Both the position numbers and the translations under genes were made by a program. Positions 1 to 11,848 of a DNA stretch of 59,325 nucleotides are shown piece after piece; the stretch's first letter is position 1; the number at the start of each line of letters is the position of its first letter. The stretch lies in contig NMRA01001076.1 in NCBI GenBank assembly GCA_002633005.1, positions 1 to 59,325 of the forward strand, written 5' to 3'. The DNA comes from Phoronis australis (Eukaryota > Animalia > Phoronida). Under the pieces are notes generated by a model. That model worked only from the letters and a program-made list of their open reading frames with translations. It was not told the origin of the DNA and did not search any database.

Positions 1-500
1 CGAGCGGATTTTCATGAAATTTAGCAGACGGGCATGTATTAGTGAGATGAGGCTATCATTCAGTTTTCGTTTGAATTCGAGGCATTTTGCGCCACGTAGT
101 GGCCATTTTTACTTTTTTCGAGTCTGTTTTTTGGCATCTGCCCCTCTGTCAACCAAACAACTCTAAGGACGATGGTGGAAATTGCTATGTTTGTTCTTCA
201 TATCAAGAGAAGGGCTGACGATGATTTTCCGAATGACCTCAACAACTGTGGCACTCCTAGTGAGATTTTTTACGCCAACGGCTGTATCTCCTAAACCCTC
301 CGCAGGATCTTCATTAAATTTAGCAATTTAGTGTATTTATATGAACTTGGCAACAAACAATGACGACTTTCGGGGAGATCAGACTATGGGTGTGTCCCCT
401 AGTGGCAACTTTGGTTTTTTAATTTTACCTCTGTATCTTCAAAGTTCTTCAAGGGCTTTTCATAAATTTGGCAGATAGGCATCTATCAGTGATCGTTGTC
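1..500 (+). repeat. Fragment of a dispersed, internally repetitive non-autonomous element (Helentron/HINE-like core repeats)
   Basis: 1-120 is the reverse complement of ~7530-7645 (ggattttcatgaaatttagc...attagtgagatg...ttcgaggcattttgcgccac). It has recurrent 'aaatttggca/ccctagtggc' modules. Family assignment is inference. Confidence 0.5.
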
Positions 501-1045
501 CCTATCGTTTGCTGAGTGGACTCAGTCTCAGAAAGGTATTGGACAATCTGCAACGTCAGTTTTTTTTGTTTTTCTCACAAACTGTAGGTAGATGAATTAA
601 CGGCGACATGAAGTTATAGTAACTTAATTATGCTGCTTGAAAACGCAGTGTGGTAAGACCAAGAGGAGGGGTCACAAATGAAACACCTGAATCCCTAGTG
701 GCCATATTGCCAAAGAGTCCGATACTAGCCTCCACGAATGAGCAAATGAGCTAACTCAAAAGCAATAACAAACTCCCAGTTCTTCTCTGGCGTAGAGGTT
801 ACATTGTAATCGGAGTAAGGATCATTAGTTCACAGATTTTATAACAGTAAGTATCGTAGCCAACATAAACAGTTGAATTTTTGACAGAAAGAACTAACTT
901 ATCGCACCTGAAGCCAACTATGAGTTTTTAAATATAAAAGAGACTACAATACCTTAGATACATGGTTAGAACCAGTGACCTAAATATACCTTAGCTCACT
1001 GGTGTAATATTTTGTGTACTATCAAGATGAAGGCAAAAGAGACTT

Positions 1046-1251
1046 CAAGGTACCTAAACTACAGGGTCAACGGACTCATAAACACGGGCACGGACGCATG
1101 AACACAACTCACGGACCTGCAAACACCGTCCACCGATTCACAAACACGGGAACGGACTCACAAAACACGATCCACGCACCCAAATACACGGGACACGGAC
1201 TCATATTCACGAGGTAACACGGTTAACGGACCGTGTAGTTTAGGTACCTTG
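1046..1251. mobile_element. 206-bp MITE with 18-bp TIRs and 5-bp TSD (hAT5-like)
   Basis: TIR caaggtacctaaactaca (1046-1063) / tgtagtttaggtaccttg (1234-1251). TSD gactt at 1041-1045 and 1252-1256. Interior is made of degenerate cacggactca/aaacacgg repeats. Confidence 0.8.
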
Positions 1252-2944
1252 GACTTGTTTCTATGTAAATAGATTATCTATTAAATGAACTGAAAAGTAC
1301 GATGAACAAAGGGTCACCGAGGTTACACAGCTACTCATAAGCATGCACTATAAACATGTTTGTTGCCAAGACTACTTAATGTGGTTGCCATGATTAATTA
1401 CTCTGACAGTCAGTCTAAACAAATACTGGAAGTGGACAATGAGCTCATCATGTTACAATTGGTAGAATATTGTCTGGTGACCAGGAGAGTGGACCTGAGT
1501 TTGTGTGCAATCAGTATCTTCAACTACTAAGAAAAGATACTTAATAGTAAAAACAAGCAGTCCCCTTTGATTAGCACTGCTTTAAGGTTTTAAACAGACA
1601 TCATGGTAATACAAACTACAGCGGTGTACTGAAAAAAGACTTACGAAATTATATGTCAAACATCAAGCTATGTTGATAAATGAACATTGTAACCTTTACA
1701 GATTACCGTATTTATTATTCCTGTGTAGTATCCAGCATTCCATCCTATCATGCGAACTTGTCCTAGATAGCTTCATATCCTTATTTTCACCATTGATATG
1801 AACAAAATACCATCTACAGTAACCACCTTGCCTGGAACACTCACAGTATCAAAGTAGTTCAAATCTGTGTCCCAGAGCTGACAATACAAAAGCAATCAGA
1901 TAGATACCATTAGTTGGTATTTAGGAATGGGAACATTCTAATTTTAGCACCAGTACAATGGTCATTGTAACTGCTGTAAATGTATTGTTAATAGACTAAA
2001 GACTGAAGTAAACAGAGATCACATGGGCAATGTCACACACTATGTAGACCAAATAAACAAAGTCAAACTGAAGCTAGAAACACTCTGGATTTGAGCTCAC
2101 GTTGGCAATCAGAATTTTTGCCTTCATTCCATCACATAGCTTGCTACACTGAAGTTTGGTTTTATCAAAATGTGTCATAGATACCTTGCACAAAATTGAA
2201 AGTTATTGCAGAATTCTTCCAGCATGAGCTCTTGCCATAAGTCATTGGGGGAAAAAAATTCACTTCTGGTAAGCATTTCTTTCACTCTCAGCTTTGCTTT
2301 TATGTTTCCCACTATCTCACTGGTAAAGCATCAGTACTATGAACAGATAGCAAGATCAGCTTTTTAAGTAAAAATGAAGTCCAATAAGCAAATTGTGTCA
2401 TAGTTGGAAAAAAGTTTTGTTATTGAGACAATTTAATAGCAGCTGTGTTAAATTAAGACAATAATATTTGAAATAAAATATGTTCACAATTTATGAAGAA
2501 TGTCATGGATGTAACTTGCAAGTATGTTACCACTTCACATCTGGAATACTGGTAGTGTTTTGTAAACTTCAAATAGAAATCAATTGTCCTTCAAAATGCT
2601 AAAAAGAATTTGTTTATTCCCACTCAGTGTTTCAAAAGGGCATTACGCCAATCAAATTATAACAAAACCTTCACATTTTTGAAACATAACAAATAAAATA
2701 AATGATGTGAAAGTCCATGTAACCCAGAACCACAAAAAAGTTATCAATTCTGAAGTCGATCTATAATTCACAGCTTTCAATTAAGATATCTTTAACAATT
2801 CACCTATGTTTTCATTCAATTCCAATACAAGGTTCTAAAGAATTAATCAACATTAAAATGCAGCATTCCTGTCAGTTATGTTTCAATTCTATTCTACTGA
2901 AAATAAAGCACCTGTCGGAGTGTCGATGTAAACAGCGCAGTTAA

Positions 2945-3288
2945 CTGGACCGTTCATACTGGCTTCGGTAGTTAATGACCATCGAAGTCAAGGGTTGGTG
3001 ACGTTGACTTCATCGAAGTTATCGCAAGGTAGCGCTGCACGCTAGGATTTTTTTCAATGTGATAATTTGGGAACATTTAAATGTGCTAAATGACATTAAA
3101 CTCATTTTTAATTCAATTGGTTATCATTAGAGCAAAAAATAAGTAGCTATTAGTGACGGCACTACTCTGTAACTGTTGACGATAACAGTGGCACCTGGCG
3201 ATAACTTCGATTGGACCGGAGATAAGCGTTCATACTGCACCACAACATCCCAAACCATCAAAGCATCGACATTAGTATGAAAGGCCCT
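2945..3288. mobile_element. Degenerate PIF/Harbinger-like MITE
   Basis: Imperfect TIRs ggaccgttcatact / agtatgaaaggcc, flanked by TAA on both sides. The left end is eroded. Confidence 0.35.
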
Positions 3289-5303
3289 TAAGACAAAGTC
3301 CATGGTTGTGGTTCAGACTGGGCAGAAATAGTTTTTGAATTGCTGTGCATTTGTGCCAAAGGAGATGTGTCTGTAGCCCATTACAAATTGAAGTTATGAT
3401 TTTAATGTTACTTGACCAATTATTGTACTACACAGATTCTTAAAAACATTACAAAGAACATTTCAGCAAAGTCAGAGGGCAACTTAATGAAACTCATAGT
3501 ATTACTAAGCAGTAAGTCTGAATCTGTGTAGTATTTCACCTATTTCACTCAAAATAAACTAGTTCTTTTAACAAGTAAATAAACTGAACAGACATTCTTT
3601 ATAGTTCAAGGGCAATGTGTTACAAATTGGTATAAGGAATAAAAAGCTAAAACCTACTCTACAAGGAAATGAGATTACTATTAGTTGCAAGATTGTTTGA
3701 GGGTTAGGTTACGTTAGGGAAATGAGACTATGCATTTTAGTCGAAAATTGGTGAATTTCCTATTTTAAACAATTCTGCGCTTTCCTCATTATGCACTTCC
3801 CAAAACAAAAAATACGTGATAAAAATGTGGTAATTATTAAAAACATTTGCTGTGAAATCAACACTGTGGCAGGTTTATGGCAAGTTAAATGTGTAAAAAT
3901 TGGTTAATAAGTTTTTAATAATTTTTATACAAAGTGCTTTATGAAAAACTCAATGCTTAGTTGTTGACCACTTGTATCATTAGGAGGTGACACCAACAAG
4001 AAAACAATACATTACAGAAAGGGTCAATATATATGGCTACATCAGGCTACATTTGAATTTTCACAATTCTAATTCCAAAAGCAAGTTTTCAGTCAGCAGC
4101 TTTTCTGCTGACTTTTCCTAGATTTAGATTGACAACAGATGCTCACCAATGTGTCAAATCTTCCTTTTTGTTCCCTCACAGTTAGGCAGCTGCACAAAAT
4201 AATGTGAAAGTGAACAACAATAAATTTTGTAAACCACGCTGCCTGACCTAACCCTAACCTCCACTTTCACTTTGACATGATTCTCTAAACAGTGTTGAGC
4301 TGGGAACAGATTTTGGACTTGGCCTGCCAAGCTCTCAGTTGTTTAGTCTTGTGTTTGTAAGCAAGCATATGTGAAGTTCCTGACCTGGCATAATTGGATG
4401 ATTCTGGCTGGGCCATATGGTTAAGACATTAAATGTATCTTGGTGTAATGAGTTCTCTGTGTATGGGTCTTTTGTTTTAAGTTTAACAGTGGTGTTTTAG
4501 GAGATTTAATTGAAAGATATCATGAAAATTAGAAAACATTTCTTTGTGTTATATGATGGTTGGAAGACTATAATAGTCCATATCTCTATGCCATAAAGAA
4601 ATCTTGTTGAAGAAACGTAGTGACACAAATATACACATTTCCGTGGTGCATGCGGACACAGTGAAATAGGCCTACCCTCCACTATATGAAAAATGACCCA
4701 TATAAACTCAACTTGGAAACACCAGCCACTCGCATGTGGAAATCCTGCTGTTACTTGTCCAAGTAATTATATGCATTTACTAATTAGGTATTCACAAGTG
4801 GTATTTATTCTCTTACTTCACATTTTTTGACGTGACAAAAGGATTGTCATTTTCGAGTTCTTTTATTGGCATTTAATGATTCTTTATTGTTGTTGAAGAA
4901 GGTCAGGCCAAAATTTGGGACCCAGTCAACCTCATGTTTACTGACTTTCTAAAACCGCTCTGAGGTGGTGGCGTATTGCAACTATTATTAAAATCTCTTG
5001 GTCTATTTACACCGACCTCGAGTCTATATACACTGTCACGACGTTTCGGTCGGTCTATTCGCCGGCCGTCATCTGGTGTTCCCGCGTTCTTAGAAAAACA
5101 CCACTACACCACGGAGTCATGACTCCGTGGTGAAGTGGTTAAGGTGCTGGACTCTTAATTATCTGTAGTTTCAGAAGTCGTGGGTTCAAATCTTGCCTAG
5201 GACAAAAAATCACACCATGAGTGTACCACATANCGGTCTATTCGCCGGCCGTCATCAGGTGTTCCCGCGTTCTTAGAAAAACACCACTACACCACGGAGT
5301 CAT

Positions 5304-5385
5304 GACTCCGTGGTGTAGTGGTTAAGGTGGTGGACTCTAATTATCTGTAGTTTCAGAAGTCGTGGGTTCAAATCTTGCTTAGGAC
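5304..5385 (+). ncRNA. tRNA-derived Pol III head (SINE-type; not a functional tRNA)
   Basis: gactccgTGGTGTAGTGGttaagg...gtcgtgGGTTCAAATCttgc gives A and B boxes with tRNA-like spacing, but poor acceptor-stem pairing. A second copy is at ~5121-5203. Confidence 0.6.
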
Positions 5386-5440
5386 AAAAAATCACACCAT
5401 GAGTGTACCACATATCCGTGCTCGTTCTTCTAAGAACGCG

Positions 5441-5487
5441 GGAACACCTGTCGATGGCTGGAGAATAGACCGAACGAAACGTCGTGA
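5441..5487 (+). ncRNA. Minimal type I hammerhead ribozyme-like motif (core mutated in this copy)
   Basis: cac-CTGTCGA-[stem II]-GAAAC-GTC-gtg. The minus-strand copies read CAGATGA (5069-5075) and intact CTGATGA (5252-5258). The layout matches minimal hammerheads of Penelope-like elements. Confidence 0.55.
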
Positions 5488-7039
5488 CAGAGTAAATAGA
5501 CTAGAGGTCAGTGTAAATAGACCAAGAGATTTTAATAATAGTTGTCTCATGTTTACTGTTAGGTATAGTGAAGTATACTGCAGTTGCAACTTCACTCCAG
5601 CCTCGCTATATCACAATAAGTACTGTGTTGTAATTTTATTGAGTGTTAACTAGCTTTAAATGCCAAGTATCAAACACCGAGTTGCTCTGATTTTAAAATC
5701 AAAGTTTTAACTTGTCTTATTTCATATCTTGATTCTCAATAACCTACATGTCCCAGACTGTTTAGGAGCTGTTTCAATTAAATGCAAGTGCAAGTTGAAA
5801 ACATTCTTAGAATGTGCTCACCAAATGGCACCATAAAAGCAGCTGGACAGACTGGGATGTCCCCAACCCCAACAAACTCCAACCTCTTGAAATGTTTATC
5901 TAAAACATGCTTTATCAGTTAGTTGTCAAGGTTACGAACTTAAGCGCCCTTTTCAAACTGCCTTTAACTAAAGGACTTACAATACAGCTGGATTGGTAAG
6001 ACTGTACACTGAACTTAATGTAGATTATATGCAGTATAATATTTGATTTCATTCAACAAGAAATAATTACTTCATAAGCATTCAGTCCAAGTTGGAAAAA
6101 TCTTTCAATTTTGAGTAAAATTAATTGCTGGGTTTTTTATTATTCCTGACTATCTGTTCACTATCAATCTCACTGCAATGATGGGAAACCGGCCCATTTC
6201 AGTTGATACTTCGTATCATGGTGATCACAAAATGAATTCATGGGTCATCCTTATCATTATTCATAGTTAAGTAATAAGAAATTTCATAAATTATTCTAAC
6301 TGGTGAAAAGATGTGCATGAAAATTATATCAATCGTGCGTTTAAATGTGAATTTTTGTGAAACATCATGTACCATTCATAGGAATTCAGAAATGGTTTAT
6401 AAGAATTGGATTTAATTAGATTTGTTTGCAAGCTACGAGTTACATTTCTTTTCCAATCAATGTGGAATTTACACAAAACGTGTATCGTGAGTAGCTCGAA
6501 GCCTATTGTATTTGGTTGAAATCAGACGCAAGATGGCACTGTAGAGACCATTTTTCGCTGTCTTGGTTTGCGGAGCCATAGCTTTACAGGTTCTAGAATT
6601 TTTATGATTTCTTTTTTGGGGAAAAATCATTTAAATGACCATAAGAAGTGTCCAATTTGTTTTTTTCCTTAGGACTTACTGTTTTGGAGTTATTCAAAAT
6701 TTTCCTGTGACTGCTAGATAATCGAATCTGTTTTTGTTCGGCATCTCTGGCAACACTTGCCGGATCTTTCTTGAAGCCAGTATATAGATAGTGCTATCAG
6801 CATTGTGCCATCTATTTCTCACTATGACCTACCTTTTTCGAGATATTCAAGATTTACTAGCCACATGAATGTTCTTCTGTTGACTTACCGGTACTTTTAG
6901 CTGCACTTCGGTCGCCTATTATATTCGTGACAGAGATTGTATTTTTTGTCTGATTGACATTGAGTTACTTAGTGTTTATCTAGTCAAAAGCGCGAGGACT
7001 GGTTTGTGGATGAACATGTACATCAATTTTCAATCGTTA

Positions 7040-7830
7040 GAATGGTTTAGTTAATAGAGAGGTGGATGCCAAAAAACAGACTCGAAAACAGTAAAAATGG
7101 CCATGAGGTGGCGCAAAATACCTCAAATCCATCAGAAAACGGCAGGATAGCGTCACCTTACCAATAAGATGTCTATATTTCAAATTTTTCGAAACTCTGT
7201 TGAGGACCCTTGAATATACAGAGGTAAACGTAAAAACTAAAATTGCCACTGGGGGCGTAACGGTAGTCCGATTCATGCAAAAGTCATCTTCATTTGTTGT
7301 CAACATCGCATAAATGTACTTGCAACATTAAGTAAAAGATCCTACTAACGGTTTAGAAGATTCAGCCATGGGTGCAAAAAAACTGCAACTAGGAGGCGCC
7401 ACAGTTCTCAAAGTCGTCGGAAAATCGTCGTCAGCCGCACTCAACACAGTAAGAACACATCCGTCAATTTTCAAAATAATCCCCAGAGCGGTTTGGTTGA
7501 TAAAAGGGCGGATGCCAAAAACAGACTTGAAAACAATAAAAATGGCCACCAGGTGGCGCAAAGTGCCTCGAATCCATTCGAAAACGGGAGGATGGCATCA
7601 TCTCACTAATAGATGCCTAATTGCTAAATTTTAAGAAAATCCATTGAAAACCTTCAAAGATACAGAGGTAAGCGTAAAAAATTAATATTGCCACTAGGGG
7701 GCACACCGGTAGTTGGAGAGGTCCGAAATTCGTTGTCGTCTGTCGTCAGCTTGATATGAACACACCTGCCAAATCTCATCCAGATCCTGTGAGGGTTTAG
7801 GAGATACAGCTGCGGATGCCCGACGCCTGG
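7040..7830 (-). repeat. Inverted copy of the repeat family at 1-500, with internal ~440-bp periodicity
   Basis: ggatgccaaaaa(a)cagact..aaaaca.taaaaatggcca..aggtggcgcaaa occurs at ~7064 and ~7510. tacagaggtaa.cgtaaaaa..tgccact.gggg occurs at ~7217 and ~7661. Confidence 0.55.
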
Positions 7831-8208
7831 ACAGAGATGACAGCAATATGCGACCACATATAAATATGTGGGCCCACAAAAATAAAATTGATGAGTTTCT
7901 AGACATCTAGCCTACTATATTTTAATCTCCAACAGAAAGACAATCACTGAAAAGATGAGTCTTAAAGTGAAAGCGAGGTCACAAGGCAGATCTATATTGT
8001 GACGAAAATGAAAGCATAGAAGCGCTGACATTAAACTTGTCATTGTGCTTTTTCTCCTCCGTTTCAAAGGGGTGGGGGGGTGCAAAATGGAAATTATTAT
8101 CTATTCTGGGCTTGAGATTCGTTGGCAGGACAAGACCATAGCAACCGTGATGACTATGATCACATTGGTGGATTACAGTACCACAATATGATGAGCATAG
8201 TCGCAATG

Positions 8209-8492
8209 ATTCGGGGTGTACCCAGACCCTGAGAGAAAAATCCACATTACACTTTTATGAGTACACCGAAAATGATTTGGAGTGTACTCAGAGCCTGAGA
8301 GCAGAATACATCAACACAATTTTATAAGTACACCCAAAATGGTTGGGGGTGTACCCAGAGCTTCAAAAATGAATACACAATCACAATTTTATGAGCACCC
8401 CGAAAATGAATTGGGGTGTACTCAGAGCCTGAGAGCAGAATACACCAACACAATTTTGAGTACATACAAAATGGTTTGGGTTGTACCCAAGC
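8209..8492. repeat. ~67-bp tandem repeat, about 4 units with A/B dimer structure
   Basis: Units ggtgtacccagag.../gtgtactcagagcctgagagcagaataca... Alternate units are most alike. Each junction holds a gtacacc...ggtgtac inverted repeat. Confidence 0.8.
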
Positions 8493-8592
8493 CAGACCAG
8501 ATGAACTCGCGTCATGCAAGGCCATTCAGGTATACCCTAAACTTGACATGACTGTGAGCTCTTTCACAAGGCTACCTGAAACCCTGCACAAT

Positions 8593-9599
8593 TTATTTTT
8601 TTATCAATTGTTCATTTCCATGATAAAAGTTCATTTGAAATAATAACATGTTCACATAAATATACTTGCCCAGTGTCTTCTTCTGTGCTGAGGACTGGAC
8701 ATAGAAAAGCATATATGCCTGGCTTTGTCTTACTGTCTCGAATGAACAAGAGGATATGTCTTCATCACTGCAGTAGACCCACGTTTTGAATTGTTCGTTC
8801 TTGGTATACGCTATGAAATGGCCAGATTCACATGTTTCACCTTGGTGCTCAATCACTGCAACAAGGGAGTACGATACGAAGTCATTGCACCACTGCTGTT
8901 GGATGTTCTGCTCAAAGTCCACGTGGGACAGTATCTTTTCAGTCCTCTCTCCAGTTTTCTTGCTTCTGTCCAGACGGATGATTAAGTAAAGTGGAGGGAT
9001 CAATTTTTTTATTTTTAGTTGCTGCACTTGTTGACCTTCCTGGTGACATTTTATCACCCAATACTGAGGTGCATTGAATAAATCTTTCGTCATCTTGGAG
9101 ATGCTATGTTGCCTTGGGCCAGTAGCATCTGGTATTGGAAATGTAATGATGCCAAAAGGCATCTCATGATAGGAAAAAGTGCGACTACTGAGATATGTCA
9201 CTTCTATGTCCTTCCCTGTAAACAGGTCTTTTATGATGAAGCTCTCCTTCTTCAAACTGTGCAACAGGTGAACCAAGACATTATGGCAGTCTTCTACCTT
9301 CTCACTGTTATAGTGTGGGAAGTGGCTGGCCATGGCATTATAAAGTTCTTGTGGAGTTCTCGTCGTGGCATCAAGAAGTTCAAGCAGTTCTCTCTGTAGC
9401 CTCATGTTATCTCTGATGCCTGTCAATGCCCTAAGAGCCTGTATCACTGCATTGAAAGAACACTTCATGCCAGGGTTGTGCAGTGCAAGATCGAAAATTG
9501 TGGAATTCTGATAGAATCCTTTGAACACTTTACTAGATGTCTCTGGTTGGGCTAACGTGTCCACCCTGGGGATGTCAGGGTTTGTTGGGCATGATGGGG
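8593..9599 (-). CDS. Ubiquitin-specific protease (peptidase C19/UCH) catalytic-domain exon, divergent; probably the terminal exon of a decayed gene
   Basis: 323-aa open frame. Cys box HNPGMKCSFNAVIQAL, QDxxEF-like VEDCHNVL, YLIIRLDR, His box YSLVAVIEHQG-SGHFIAY, WVYCSD and QAYMLFY. A polypyrimidine tract plus AG acceptor sits at 9600-9615, so the GTG 'start' is probably not a real start. Confidence 0.85.
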
Positions 9600-11447
9600 C
9601 TGGAAAAAAAAAATAATTGTAGCAAACTTTATTTATAGAGGATAAAATACAATTATAAATTTTTGAAACACTTTGGTGGCCAGAGGCTAATCGAATACAG
9701 CATGGTCCTCTTACACCAATATATTAAATTAAAAAACTTAGATAGATTAAATTAAATTACATTAAATTCAATCAATATTTTACAATTCACAAATTGAAAT
9801 GATTAAAAAATAAAAACTTTTTTATGGTATATACAATGAAATTCGTTTTTTAAGAGAACCCGTGTTTTCTTAATGTTTAAACGCCTAATTCCAGCTTGGT
9901 TTGATACCTCAGAAGGAGAAGTAACACCAGTTATTTCTCGTAACTGACCTAATTTTCCCATCTTTGGGATTAATGGTTCAGTGCTTAAGGAGCAAACTTA
10001 ATTCACTTGTCTAGCCGTTACCCGTGTGGAACAGCTAGTAGGAAATGCCGAGGGGGAAATAGCTACACCTTCTAGTGAACATTAGTGTTCATTGCAAGAG
10101 ACGGGGATACTTGTTGAAGAGACTGTGATATTTAAAGCTTCAATCAGAATTTCTGTCACTGTCAGATTTTAATAGGCAGGATGTGTGGCTGCTTGATTCT
10201 TTCTTCTGGCAGTACAAATGTCTTTCCAGAACATTTGACCCTACAGTAACACAAAGTTTGGTAGTCAGCTATTCTTTAATTAAAAGTGAAAGCTAAGAAA
10301 GCATTTAAAAATACTGTATTTTACACAAAGTATATAACTAAAAGTCCATCATAAATGTAGGTATTAGGGAAGAAAGCCAGCTAGCTGTATGAAGACTATC
10401 ATCAACATACAGCTAGTTAGCCATGTGTAGCTTCATTAGACACTGAAATTTCGCACAACCCGGGTGGCACAAAAACTTATCAATATGTAGAGGTAACAAC
10501 CGACGGGTGTGCTGAAGAATCTGCGAATCGATCGACACTCTCTTTGCCCGTTACAGCTGTTTATTGAAGTAAAACAAAGAATCTAATAAACATTATTTAA
10601 GCGTAATTCTGTGACTTGTAACAAAGAAATGTCTTTCGTCGTTTTGAAAACAGTGCATACTCTTGACATGCCCACGCACCATTTTCTAATATTTTGCTGA
10701 AACTCGGGAGTTCATTCTGAAATTGGGGTTTTTTGGTATTAAAATACTAAAAACATGTAACGAAATGAAACCAGTTCCGATTGTTATGACATGGTAACCT
10801 CACGGTGGCAATGGCACCGAAAGCCAACCCATAACAGCGCATTACAATTTTAGTCCCAGAATAACGATATAATGACAATTTTTCCAACATCAGTAAATAA
10901 TTTAGTTTATGTAACAGAGCAAATCTTTACGGAGCATCAAAAATGTGTATTTCACCTCATCAGGCATACGTTCAGTTCAGTTACACATGATAACGATCAA
11001 TTTCATGTAGGCAAAGGAAGGAAACACCCTTCTCCTAAGCCTGTCGCTTGCGAAGTGCTCGACACATACAGTCGCGCCCGCATGTCCTCATAACAAAGGC
11101 ACACTGAGACGCAACATAGACGTTAGCATAAGAATAACTGAACATTTGCAACTAAATAAGAATAACAAGTTACGAACGTCCCGTCACATTTACTCAAGGA
11201 AGAGTGTATTTTTTAATGGCATCATTAATTTTGGCAGCGACAGGCCCAATGAATTATATACAGGATAGAAGTTGGAGGGAGTGAATTTAAGCCAACGGAC
11301 TGACACCACCCAGGTTGTAAAGCCTCTACGGACTGCTGTCAGCAAGGCCAGTATGAAGCTTACCACCCTCCCTTCGCGTCCGCAAAAAAACAGGCCGTGA
11401 GAAAAAACACCACCTCAAATCTGAATAGATGGCCGGTGCACTACCTG

Positions 11448-11848
11448 GGCCCGGTCTCTAATCTTTGTACTCGAAATGAACTCGAAACTATTTTTGGCAA
11501 TTTCTCTGCTCCTTTTGTGCGAACTTAAGATAATTGGTTATCAGACTGTGCTCGAATACATTATAGTTTATGCATAGGAGTTTCTAGTTCAAGTTTGCCC
11601 TTGAAGACCCTTATATTCGTGCTACAAACTCGAGTAAAAACTCGAAATTTGGAGTTCAAACTCAAACTTATTGCTTTAATATTGGGATTACAAACTGTGA
11701 ACTAAGGGCAATAAATTATCTACGTAAGTTATTGTGTACTCGAGCATAGAATAATAGACACTTGTCTTGAGTTCGCCCAAAAGTAGAGTAGAAAATGCCA
11801 AACCTAATTTCGAGTTCCGTTTCGAGTAAAAAGATTGGAGACCTGGCC
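11448..11848. mobile_element. PIF/Harbinger-like foldback MITE (401 bp)
   Basis: ~130-bp imperfect TIRs beginning ggcccggtctctaatcttt / aaagattggagacctggcc. CTG TSD at 11445-11447 and 11849-11851. Confidence 0.75.

Larger units (their letters stand above)
4979..5544. mobile_element. Foldback element: tRNA-derived head plus Penelope-type hammerhead tail, head-to-head with an internally deleted inverted copy
   Basis: ~117-bp inverted arms 4979-5095 / 5428-5544. Perfect 40-bp palindrome at 5283-5322. A box TGGTGTAGTGG and B box GGTTCAAATC on +. CTGATGA...stem...GAAACGTC hammerhead-type cores lie in the arms. 5051-5232 is repeated at 5234-5414 across the N. Confidence 0.7.

Noticed and set aside
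3699-4261. Sola-like element or telomeric repeats (ggttagg / cctaacc)
   Set aside because: The inverted match is short and imperfect, there is no TSD, and only 2-3 degenerate units are present.
600-4900. Long 3' UTR or exons of a neighbouring gene
   Set aside because: AT-rich unique-looking sequence with no ORF or splice pattern I can support.
5121-5385. Functional tRNA genes
   Set aside because: A and B boxes are present but the acceptor and anticodon stems pair poorly, and the sequence is embedded in a repeat.
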